A stretch of 64,000 bases of DNA from Fibrobacteria bacterium (GCA_037447435.1 JBBIGR010000023.1:1-64000), one strand, 5' to 3'; shown: positions 55,283-63,884, counted from the stretch's first letter. The notes: generated by a model from the sequence alone, not told the origin. Numbers and translations are program-made.

Positions 55283-56476
55283 TCATTGCGCTGTCTCGAA
55301 AAAATCAGCTATGGTTTCAACGACGAATTCTTGTTGCTGCTCCGAAAGTTCCGGAAACATGGGTAACGACAACAATTGGGATGCGACTTTTTCCGCAACG
55401 GGAAAGTCGTTGCTTTTAAGCCCTAAATATCCGTAGGCTTTCTGCAAATGCAACGGTAAAGGATAGTGTAAACCCGTACCGATGCCCTTTTGAGTCAAAT
55501 ATTTTTGCAATTTGTCTCGATGGGGCGTCGCAATGACGTATAAGTGGAAAACCGATTTCGCCCATTGCGGTTCAACAGGCAGGGCAATGGAAGGGATTCT
55601 ATCGAATAGATAATGATAAAAATGCGCCCTTTTCCTGCGGTTTTCATTCCACTTGGGCAGATATCGCAGCTTAACGGATAAAAAACCCGCCTGTATGGAG
55701 TCAAGTCTCCCGTTATAACCTTCCATGTCATGGAAATATTTTTTTTCCTGACCATGATCGCGAATCGTACGGATATAATGAGCGATATCGTCGTCGTCGG
55801 TTGTAACTGCCCCGCCTTCGCCAAGCGCACCCAGATTTTTTCCGGGATAAAAGCTATATGCAGCTGCTCTGGAAAGCGCGCCGGGTTTTACCCACTTGTC
55901 CAATGATTTCGAAAAGTATTCCGCCCCGTGGGCCTGGCACGCATCTTCAATGACTACGCATCCGTATCGTTTCGCTATTGCATTGATTTCGTCCATGTTG
56001 GCCATTTGCCCGTATAAATGAACCGGAACGACGGCTCCGACGATTTGATTGGTTTTTTTTAAACGGGCTTTTTTTATCGAAGTGTCAAATTCGCAATCCC
56101 CGGTGAAAAATTCCTCCAGTTTGGTCGAGGACATGGAGTATGTCTTCGGGTCGATATCGATAAACATTACTTCGCAATTGGTTTGTGAAATTGCCTCGGA
56201 AGTGGCGATAAAGGTATTGGGCACCGTCAGTACGATTTCATCGGGGCCGACACCGGCCGCAAGTAATGCGAAACGAAGCGCGTCGGTTCCGCTGCTCACG
56301 GCTATGGCATGCTTGGCGTTGCAGAATTCGGCGAATTGGGATTCGAAGTTCTGTACAAGTTCTCCGCCAACAAAGCTGGCGGAACGCAATGCGGCGGTAA
56401 AAACGGTTACCAACTCATTTTCCAAAAGCCGGTGAGGCGAGACAAGGTCGACGAAAGGTATTTTATCGGTTGACAT
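55283..56476 (-). CDS. DegT family aminotransferase (WbpE/WlbC-like)
   Basis: IPFVDL, SGTDAL, PVHLYGQ, IEDACQAHGA, SFYPGKNLGA.GEGG, GYNGRLDSIQA. Confidence 0.92.
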   Translation of the reverse strand: MSTDKIPFVDLVSPHRLLENELVTVFTAALRSASFVGGELVQNFESQFAEFCNAKHAIAVSSGTDALRFALLAAGVGPDEIVLTVPNTFIATSEAISQTNCEVMFIDIDPKTYSMSSTKLEEFFTGDCEFDTSIKKARLKKTNQIVGAVVPVHLYGQMANMDEINAIAKRYGCVVIEDACQAHGAEYFSKSLDKWVKPGALSRAAAYSFYPGKNLGALGEGGAVTTDDDDIAHYIRTIRDHGQEKKYFHDMEGYNGRLDSIQAGFLSVKLRYLPKWNENRRKRAHFYHYLFDRIPSIALPVEPQWAKSVFHLYVIATPHRDKLQKYLTQKGIGTGLHYPLPLHLQKAYGYLGLKSNDFPVAEKVASQLLSLPMFPELSEQQQEFVVETIADFFETAQ

Positions 56477-56960
56477 GGTTTCTCCTTTTTAAAGTTGCCG
56501 GATTTCCGGCCACAATGGTGTTCGCTTCGACGCTTTTTGTCACGACGCTTCCGGCACCTATGATCGCGTTTTCCCCGATGGTCAAATTACACAGAATGGT
56601 GACCCCCGACCCTATTGAAGCCCCTTTTTTTACCAGGGTTTTCTCCAAATTCCAATCGCGTTCGCTCTGCAACGATCCGTCGGTATTGGTCGCACGAGGG
56701 TACTTGTCGTTGATAAAGGTCACGCTATGGCCGATAAAAACGTCGTCTTCGATGTTGACGCCTTCACAAACAAACGTGTGGCTCGAAATTTTACAATTAT
56801 TGCCGACCGACGCATTTTTTTGAATCTCCACGAATGCGCCTATTTTCGTGTTGTCGCCGATAGTGCATCCGTACAGGTTTACGAATTTCGAAAGATATAC
56901 GTTTTTACCCAAAACGACATCGCTGCCGATGAACTGAGTGGATGAGGGGTCGTTGGTCAT
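56463..56960 (-). CDS. N-acetyltransferase (WbpD/WlbB-like, hexapeptide)
   Basis: NLYGCTIGD, VEIQKNA, SHTFVCEGV, FINDKYPRAT, GASIGSG, VAGNPA. Confidence 0.88.
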   Translation of the reverse strand: MTNDPSSTQFIGSDVVLGKNVYLSKFVNLYGCTIGDNTKIGAFVEIQKNASVGNNCKISSHTFVCEGVNIEDDVFIGHSVTFINDKYPRATNTDGSLQSERDWNLEKTLVKKGASIGSGVTILCNLTIGENAIIGAGSVVTKSVEANTIVAGNPATLKRRNHVNR

Positions 56961-57958
56961 AATGCCACCGTCTTTCCATTCATTTTCAACGACCGGTCGC
57001 ATGCGTCGAGAAGCTTTACAACCTGCAATCCGGCTTTCCCGTCGTTGATAGGGGTATCTCCTTTTTCAATACAGTGAAGGAAATAGGACGTTTCCATTTT
57101 AAGGGCCTCTATATTTTCGAGCTTCGGCACATTGATATCGCCGGATCGGTAGCTTACTAAAAGGTCGTATATTCCTTCTTTCGTCGTTACATTGATTCCT
57201 TTATCGTATATCTTGATTTTTTCATCTTCCACGCCGTCGTTCCAAACGAGCATTTTTTTCTCACCGCCTATGAGCGTACTCCTTATCTTAACCGGGGACA
57301 GCCAGTTTACATTGATATGTGCAATAAGGTTCGACTGGTAGTATACGGCGATATAGGCAATATCTTCATAGTGGTTTACATGTGCGCGGCCGTAGGCAGC
57401 GACTTCGACGGGTCTATCGGGAATGACGTAATCGAGGATCGCGAAATCGTGGGGCGCGAGATCCCAAACGACATTTATATCGTGCTGAAAAAGTCCGAGG
57501 TTTACTCGGGTGGAATCGTAATAGTAAATCTTCCCGAGCACGCTTTCGCGCAGCAATTCCTTTATTTTTTTTACCGCGCTGCAAAACAGAAATGTATGGT
57601 CGACCATGATGACAAGGTTCTTTTTTGCCGCGATTTCTATGAGTTCTTCGGCGTGTGTAACGGAATCGGTAAACGGTTTTTCAACGAAAACATGTTTGCC
57701 GTTTTCCAATGCCCGTTTGGTAAGCTCGTAATGCGTCGAAACCGGAGTCACGATTGCAACGGCATCTATATCAGACGAAAGCAGTATATTGTCCGGTTCT
57801 GTTACCGTCGCTATGCACGGGTGATTTGCTGCCAGTTTTTTAAGCGTCGCGGGATTTTTATCGCATACCGCCGTTACTTGCGCACCGTCGGCGGCTATAA
57901 AGTTTCTAACGATATTCGGTCCCCAGTACCCATATCCGATTATACCAATCCTGATCAT
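56957..57958 (-). CDS. Gfo/Idh/MocA oxidoreductase (WbpB/WlbA-like sugar 3-dehydrogenase)
   Basis: GIIGYGYWGPN, GKHVFVEKP, DHTF, WDLAPHD. Confidence 0.9.
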   Translation of the reverse strand: MIRIGIIGYGYWGPNIVRNFIAADGAQVTAVCDKNPATLKKLAANHPCIATVTEPDNILLSSDIDAVAIVTPVSTHYELTKRALENGKHVFVEKPFTDSVTHAEELIEIAAKKNLVIMVDHTFLFCSAVKKIKELLRESVLGKIYYYDSTRVNLGLFQHDINVVWDLAPHDFAILDYVIPDRPVEVAAYGRAHVNHYEDIAYIAVYYQSNLIAHINVNWLSPVKIRSTLIGGEKKMLVWNDGVEDEKIKIYDKGINVTTKEGIYDLLVSYRSGDINVPKLENIEALKMETSYFLHCIEKGDTPINDGKAGLQVVKLLDACDRSLKMNGKTVAL

Positions 57959-58036
57959 AAGTCACCTTCTTTTCCTTGATAATACTAAATTCATTTTGAT
58001 TACTACTAAGAGCTTGAAACAATACGAGAAAAACCA

Positions 58037-59203
58037 TCAGTAAGCCCCCCTAAAAACAGCCAGTGGGGTCGACAAAATGAGCTTAATATCCCACCACAAA
58101 GACCATTTCATTATGTATTGAAGGTCCATTCTGACCATAGTGTCGAAGGTTGTTTTGCTGCGCCCGTAAACCTGCCAGTATCCGGTTATCCCGGGTTTGA
58201 TTTCATAGACGCGGCGTTTGTGCCAGGTATGGTAATTCTCTAGTTCGTAAAGGATCGGCGGCCGCGGTCCGACGAGGGACATGTCGCCGATAAAAACATT
58301 GAAAAATTGGGGCAATTCATCGAGTGATGTTTTTCTGATGAATTTCCCTATCTTTGTGATACGGGGGTCGTCGACAAGTTTGTAAACCGTATTTTTCCCC
58401 TCATCGTTCGACTCGACCTTACCGGATATCAATTTCCTTATATATTCGTGATGTATCGAAGGATCGTTGTTGGTATACATTGACCTGAACTTGATAAATT
58501 TGAACGGTTTCCCGCCGTAACCGATCCTGTTTTGTGTAAAAAAAACCGGCCCTTTGGAGGTCAGTTTTATCATTACCGCAATGATAATAAAAAGAGGGGA
58601 GAATAAAACCAGGAGCATACCGCTTCCGATGATGTCTTCCAGGCGTTTTAAAAAGCGGGCCCCTGTTTTTGTTTGCAAAACGTTAATGCTTGATGGATAA
58701 AAGTGGAGTTCCTCGGGTCCTTGCATGGTATTTCCGTCTTTGCTCTTGGGTTGCGGAAATATGGCATACGTGACGTCGACCAAGTCCGCTTTTTCCTGCC
58801 CGAACGAATGATGAAGATTATCCAGAATCTTTTTTACGATATTGTCTTTGCCCGATTCGGTGATTTCGGTGTAAATGATGCCGATGCACCGGTCGAATTC
58901 ATACCAACCCTTTATGTCGATTTCTCGAGCGGAATTTGCTATCACATGCCCCATGTTCTTGACAAAGAAGCTTCGGGAAACGGTGCTCGAAAGGTTTTTA
59001 ATGTGCATCATAACGAGCATGATCGGCTTTTTTGAGCGTTCGGTTCGTTTTCTCTCCATTGCGAGCATTTCAAGGAAAAACGATTGGGAAAAAAATCCGA
59101 ATTCATCATCAAGTGTTTCGCTTTTTTTTGCTTTCATTTCAAATTTAGGCAGCAGGAAATTACTTTTTTTTGTTTTATTTTCATCATTACTTTTCATATG
59201 CAT
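58037..59203 (-). CDS. priming polyprenyl-phosphate sugar transferase with an N-terminal degenerate GGDEF-like domain
   Basis: C-terminal Bac_transf motifs KR..DI, GPVFF.Q.R.G, KFRSM, DDPRITK.G.F.RK.SLDELPQF, MSLVGPRP, KPGITG. N-terminal F.E.L..ERKRTERS..P...REID. Confidence 0.9.
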   Translation of the reverse strand: MHMKSNDENKTKKSNFLLPKFEMKAKKSETLDDEFGFFSQSFFLEMLAMERKRTERSKKPIMLVMMHIKNLSSTVSRSFFVKNMGHVIANSAREIDIKGWYEFDRCIGIIYTEITESGKDNIVKKILDNLHHSFGQEKADLVDVTYAIFPQPKSKDGNTMQGPEELHFYPSSINVLQTKTGARFLKRLEDIIGSGMLLVLFSPLFIIIAVMIKLTSKGPVFFTQNRIGYGGKPFKFIKFRSMYTNNDPSIHHEYIRKLISGKVESNDEGKNTVYKLVDDPRITKIGKFIRKTSLDELPQFFNVFIGDMSLVGPRPPILYELENYHTWHKRRVYEIKPGITGYWQVYGRSKTTFDTMVRMDLQYIMKWSLWWDIKLILSTPLAVFRGAY

Positions 59204-59267
59204 TGACCTTTTATCATGTTTTTTACGAGATCGTTCAATCGGAAGCTTTCATCATAATAATTAGGTA

Positions 59268-59283
59268 CGCAAACCCTATGCCT
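59268..59283 (-). promoter_or_regulatory. sigma54 -24/-12 promoter motif for the long leftward EPS operon
   Basis: Minus strand AGGCATAGGGTTTGCG. Confidence 0.65.
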
Positions 59284-59395
59284 ATCGATAAACAACCGTG
59301 AATTCCCGGAAAAGAGGTTGGAATAGCGCTTGATCGGATCCCAATATGTATTGAAATTGGGAAAATTAACAAATGTTAAAATCGATCCCGTTGCT

Positions 59396-59433
59396 TTGTC
59401 ATTTTTGCGAACGGCGAATTCCTAATTTGAGAA
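59396..59433. promoter_or_regulatory. paired enhancer-like sites (TTCCTA-W3-TGAGAA)
   Basis: TTCCTAATTTGAGAA at 59419 and a degenerate inverted copy TTGTCATTTTTGCGA at 59396. Same 23-bp offset as 38537/38560. Confidence 0.55.
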
Positions 59434-59493
59434 AATAAAAATTTATCCTAAAATCCGGCTAGGATTTTGGCGGGTAATGCCAAAATTTTGATA

Positions 59494-59509
59494 TGGTACA
59501 ATTTTTGCG
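59494..59509 (+). promoter_or_regulatory. sigma54 -24/-12 promoter motif upstream of the NtrC-type activator
   Basis: TGGTACAATTTTTGCG. Confidence 0.6.
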
Positions 59510-59608
59510 CTTAATGAAAATTTCTTTTATATTATGGATATTACATTTATCTTTAACTGCGTACCGATACTCTGATTAAAAGGATAAACCCCACTTGATA
59601 AGCAAATT

Positions 59609-60937
59609 ATGAGAAACAAAAAACTGCTCCTTGTAGACGACGACGAAGCTGCGCTTTTCGGTTATGAACGGTTTTTATCGAAAAGCGGATTTGATACCGT
59701 TGGTGTGTCCACCATTGCCAGTGCAAAAAACGCGATAGGATCCGATCGATTCGATGCCGTTGTTTTAGATTTAAAATTGCCTGATGGAAATTCAATGGAT
59801 TGGCTACCGCTTCTTAAGGCGTCTTATCCTGCGATGCCGGTTATCATCATTACCGGTAACAACGATATTCCGACTGCGGTAAAGGCTACCAAAAACGGTG
59901 CAGAAGACTTTTTGACAAAGCCTGTGGAAATGGCCGACCTTGAGGCTTGTCTGCAAAAATGCCTTGAAATAGGTTCGCTCCGGAAACAGGCACTGGTGCA
60001 GAATCGTCTTGTCAAACAGGATAATCCGTTTTTCGGGTCAAGTCCGGCAATAAGTCAGGTCATCGAACATGCGACCGTTGCTGCGGCAAACGATACGGTT
60101 GTTTTGCTTTTGGGGGAAACCGGGACCGGCAAGGGCGTTTTGGCAAAATGGATTCATTCCAAAAGCGAACGGAAAGCAGGCGCGTTTGTTGAATTGAATT
60201 GTTCGAGTTTAAAAGGGGAACTTCTTAAAAGCGAACTGTTCGGGCATGCAAAAGGGTCATTTACATCTTCGGTGAAAGATAGGGAAGGCCTTATAGAGGT
60301 TGCCGACGGCGGCACCTTGTTCCTTGATGAAATAGGCGATATGGACATCGATGTTCAGGCGCAATTGCTTAAAACAATAGAAGAAAGGTCGTTTCGGCGG
60401 ATCGGCGAAAACAATGTTCGCAAAAGCGATTTTAGATTGATATGCGCGACAAACAGGGATTTGCTCAAAGAGACTGAACTCGGAAAGTTCCGGAGCGATT
60501 TGTATTACAGAGTTTGCGTTTTTCCGATACGGATGCCGTCGCTTCGCGAGCGTAAAGATGATATAGCCGGATTATGCGAGCATATCCTTTCAAGTTTCGA
60601 TTATTCCCATCAACCCTTAAGCCGCGAAGTGTTACAACAGTTGATTTCGTACGGGTGGCCGGGCAATATCCGTGAACTTCGAAACATGCTTGAAAGAGCT
60701 TTTTTGCTTTCGCGCGGGCAGGAAATTCTGCCAGTGCATTTCCCCGGACTTGGCATTTCGGTTTCTATGCCTCTGCCGGAACCCAATTTGGAACTCGCCA
60801 GTATCGAGAGCATGGAACAAGTACATATTAAAAAGGTTTTGGATCATTGTGACGGAGACAAGTATAAAACCAGCGAGATTCTGGGCATATCACTTTCTTC
60901 ACTGTATCGAAAGTTATCGCAATTCAATATTACGTAA
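59609..60937 (+). CDS. sigma54-dependent response regulator (NtrC/AtoC family: REC-AAA+-Fis HTH)
   Basis: LLVDDD, LDLKLPDG, GETGTGK, SELFGH.KGSFTSS, GTLFLDEIGD, ATNRDL, FRSDLYYR, WPGNIREL, LGIS.SSLYRKL. Confidence 0.95.
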   Translation: MRNKKLLLVDDDEAALFGYERFLSKSGFDTVGVSTIASAKNAIGSDRFDAVVLDLKLPDGNSMDWLPLLKASYPAMPVIIITGNNDIPTAVKATKNGAEDFLTKPVEMADLEACLQKCLEIGSLRKQALVQNRLVKQDNPFFGSSPAISQVIEHATVAAANDTVVLLLGETGTGKGVLAKWIHSKSERKAGAFVELNCSSLKGELLKSELFGHAKGSFTSSVKDREGLIEVADGGTLFLDEIGDMDIDVQAQLLKTIEERSFRRIGENNVRKSDFRLICATNRDLLKETELGKFRSDLYYRVCVFPIRMPSLRERKDDIAGLCEHILSSFDYSHQPLSREVLQQLISYGWPGNIRELRNMLERAFLLSRGQEILPVHFPGLGISVSMPLPEPNLELASIESMEQVHIKKVLDHCDGDKYKTSEILGISLSSLYRKLSQFNIT

Positions 60938-60954
60938 CCAATCGACTGGCAGGC

Positions 60955-60994
60955 AAAAAAAATGCCGTTTTGCACATGCTTAACGGCATTTTTT
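60955..60994. terminator. bidirectional intrinsic terminator between the activator gene and tRNA-Ser
   Basis: AAAAAAAATGCCGTT-loop-AACGGCATTTTTT. Confidence 0.8.
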
Positions 60995-60998
60995 ATTG

Positions 60999-61090
60999 TG
61001 GCGGAGAGGTAGGGATTTGAACCCTAGGAACCCAGTAAAGGGCTCAACGGTTTTCGAGACCGCCCCGATCGACCACTCTGGCACCTCTCC
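60999..61090 (-). tRNA. tRNA-Ser(CGA)
   Basis: Reverse complement GGAGAGGTGCCAGAGTGGTCGATCGGGGCGGTCTCGAAAACCGT...GGTTCAAATCCCTACCTCTCCGCCA. Long variable arm. Confidence 0.96.
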
Positions 61091-61166
61091 ACAGACTATT
61101 TAACTTACTGATAAAACTCAAATTGCCAAGATTAATCAACTTATGGCGGTCATTTCGAAAAACAAA

Positions 61167-61217
61167 TCTTGACGATTTCTTGACGGAAAAATTCTCCCCG
61201 ACTTATATTTTCCCCGA
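61167..61217. repeat. short tandem direct repeats upstream of the integrase (candidate arm-type sites)
   Basis: TCTTGACG at 61167 and 61178; TCCCCGA at 61195 and 61211. Confidence 0.45.
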
Positions 61218-61256
61218 TTGAACTTCTAAAAATATATAGCGTTTGAGGCCGGTTCA

Positions 61257-62681
61257 ATGGGAAAATCAAACCCACTATACAAAGATCCCAATTCCAAAGT
61301 CTACTTCGCCCGTTGGTACGAAGGGAAGAAAAGGATCATGTTGACATTGTCAACGGAAGATCCCCTTGAGGCCATGCGGCGGGTGCCCATAGTAACTGCG
61401 ACCAAAATGAGCTGGCTTCAATATCAGAAGACCATTTCAGGGTATAAGGAGAACTCTCCCTCTGAAATCAAATCTCTGTCAGGAATCAGCCTTAGTCCCC
61501 CGCTTATTATGAACGCAACCAGAGACGGGACGATCAAGCTTATTGAAAAGGGCATCAAGGAGGGACGTGCTCAGTTTGATCAACAAACCGGACAGTGGAC
61601 TATTTATGCCGACAGTCCTGCGAAGTTCACCGACGCAATTGATCATTTCCGACGCGAATTGTCAACAGTCGACAACTCGAAGGAAATCGAGGAGTTTTAT
61701 CTGGTAAGCATGCCACAACTCTATCTTGACAAGGTGACGGCTGAAAGGTACGCCCGCATCTGGCTGGACTTCCTTAAGATTCAAAATGTATCGTCCTGGA
61801 GCAGGGTAAATGAGGCGCTCTGTGTTGAATTCAAAAAATGGAGGAAAGAAACCAAGCAAAGCAGGGGAGAAAGGGAAGGCGTTGCGCCGTCAAACTTGGT
61901 TGTAGAAAGGCATTTCAAGTTCTTGTCTCGCTCGTTTGAGGAAGCTGGTGATAAGGGATTCATGCGGGTCAACCCTATAAAGAATTGGCGGCCAGAGACC
62001 CACACGCCAGAACTTCAGCAGTCCTTGACCAAAAACGAATTGTTCAAAGTTTTATCAGACAGACGGTGGCAGCAGGATTTTCTGATGAACGGGAAAACAA
62101 AAGTGGAATTGGGATATAAGTTACAGGATGTGCTCTTGCTGCTTTTCGCATCTTGCAAACGTCGGGGGGAAATCCTCAAGCTGAAAATTGAAAACATTAA
62201 TTTCAAAAATCATTTTTCATATTACACGGAAACGAAGAATTCGTCCAAAGGCACGTCATACATAATCCACAAGGCCTTCTGGTTGACGCCTGAACTGGAA
62301 AAGCTCATCCGACAATTGATGGCAGGTCGAAAAGAAGGTTACCTTTTTCCCTGTCCTCCTGTCATGAAGCGGGCTGATTCAAAAACGGAAGATATCCTTA
62401 ACGGCGAATTTCTGAGCGAAGTATTTCGAGAGGTCGTCGGAAGAATTGTTCCGACGAAAGAAGTAAGTCTGAAGAATTTGAGGCAAACCGCCACAGATTT
62501 CATGGAGCAGGAAGGCCTCACCGACGACGAAATTGATGCGGCATTGGGGCACCATCAAGTCAAGACCGCATTGAAGCACTATCAGGACAGGTCGGCAGAG
62601 GCTATTGCCAAGCGCCTTTCGCTGAGAACAAAAAAGGGAATTGAAATACTCTCCAATACTTGCAATCAGTTTTTTGTTTAG
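61257..62681 (+). CDS. tyrosine recombinase / integrase
   Basis: N-terminal arm-binding-like segment (YFARWY.GKKR...L.T.D..EA), NPI linker, SCKRRGEILKL (Arg), ETKN (Lys), GYLFP, KNLRQT, LGH...HY (Tyr). Confidence 0.88.
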   Translation: MGKSNPLYKDPNSKVYFARWYEGKKRIMLTLSTEDPLEAMRRVPIVTATKMSWLQYQKTISGYKENSPSEIKSLSGISLSPPLIMNATRDGTIKLIEKGIKEGRAQFDQQTGQWTIYADSPAKFTDAIDHFRRELSTVDNSKEIEEFYLVSMPQLYLDKVTAERYARIWLDFLKIQNVSSWSRVNEALCVEFKKWRKETKQSRGEREGVAPSNLVVERHFKFLSRSFEEAGDKGFMRVNPIKNWRPETHTPELQQSLTKNELFKVLSDRRWQQDFLMNGKTKVELGYKLQDVLLLLFASCKRRGEILKLKIENINFKNHFSYYTETKNSSKGTSYIIHKAFWLTPELEKLIRQLMAGRKEGYLFPCPPVMKRADSKTEDILNGEFLSEVFREVVGRIVPTKEVSLKNLRQTATDFMEQEGLTDDEIDAALGHHQVKTALKHYQDRSAEAIAKRLSLRTKKGIEILSNTCNQFFV

Positions 62682-63297
62682 AAGTGTTATTTCCTATTAA
62701 AAATATTGATAAAAGTTAAAAAGTATAAGTTCTAAACTTGTGTAACAATCCCTGAAATTGCTTTATTTTTACTTTGCATTTCATTTGTCAAATCTTGCAG
62801 GTGATCGGTCATCGCGCCACATAGGGCAAAACGCCATTGGAATATCGTGTGTATGCACTATTGAGTATTGCAATATTGGTTTTGAAGAACTTCTTGAACC
62901 AGAAAACTACGGAAAAATCAATTAAACACTTTCAAACGGGTCTTTGCCACGCTGTCTGTGTCCGTGTTGGCCACGTGGAGATGACACCGCCGGCATTGTT
63001 ATATTGACCCCAACACCGGTTTTTTAGCCACCTACCAAAGGCTTAAACCTGTCGAATATGGCTGGAGTGGTCTAGGATTTTCACAGACTTGCAGGAAATA
63101 CCATTTTTCTGATTACGCTGTTTGTCTTTATCCGGTCTAATTTCAATATTTCCAAGTAGATCCACAACTGGCCTTCCTGAGTAGTATCAATTCGATAAGC
63201 ACCTTAGTCATTCTTCCGTAATTCTCTTTTAATATTATTTGAAGTGGTATAGTCGATTGTCGAATTGACACGATCTAAAACCATAGAGGAGGGATAA

Positions 63298-63534
63298 ATG
63301 CAAATGAATAATGTAGTGTATGAACTGCACCGGATTGCTACCGATCTTGAGAGGGAATATTCTCGAATTGCGGATTCGAAAATTGAAATCCAGCTTGAGG
63401 AACTTAAAAAGGAATTCTTGAAAAACGTGAAAAACAATCCTGCACTTAAGATCGATGGGGAGACGGTATGGAATAAAATAAAGGAGTCCATACGTCAAGA
63501 TATGCGGAAAAGACCGCAGGATTGGAGGACATGA
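63298..63534 (+). CDS. small hypothetical protein
   Basis: Strong RBS (AGAGGAGG) before the ATG. 78 aa, helical and charged. Confidence 0.55.
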   Translation: MQMNNVVYELHRIATDLEREYSRIADSKIEIQLEELKKEFLKNVKNNPALKIDGETVWNKIKESIRQDMRKRPQDWRT

Positions 63535-63884
63535 AGACCTATGGAGGAAACGTCTCAGGATGGACACGGTAATTTGGTTTACTTAAAAATTTGATAATAT
63601 CACAAAGTAAGACACTATTTTGTGTTGTGCCAAAGAGGTCTTAATTTGATGATAGTTGATTAAATGGCTTTATTATGGTAGAATAAAAAAAGTTCTTTTA
63701 GGATAAACCCGTAAAACAGGGAGCTTTGTTTTTTCTTGCTCTGGCTAATTTACCGGACTATATTCTGGAGAGCTTGGCAGAAAATGTACAATGAAAATTT
63801 ATAACAATATGATAAAAGGAGTATTAAAAATAAGGTAGAAAACCTTTAAAATTGAAAACCAATTAACGCATCTTTTTGCTTTGT

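Noticed and set aside
38787..59203. PEP-CTERM/exosortase system
   Set aside because: FemAB-like, deacetylase and sigma54 genes are reminiscent, but no exosortase, PrsK kinase or PEP-CTERM tail is visible in the window.
61257..62681. Integron integrase or protelomerase call
   Set aside because: No IntI-specific insertion or clear attI/attC array was recognised. An arm-binding-like N-terminus and tRNA adjacency favour an integrase. The call cannot be excluded without HMM searches.
63204..63567. Minus-strand ORFs 63204-63491 and 63235-63567
   Set aside because: They are antisense to the 78-aa ORF that has the strong RBS, and show no recognisable features.
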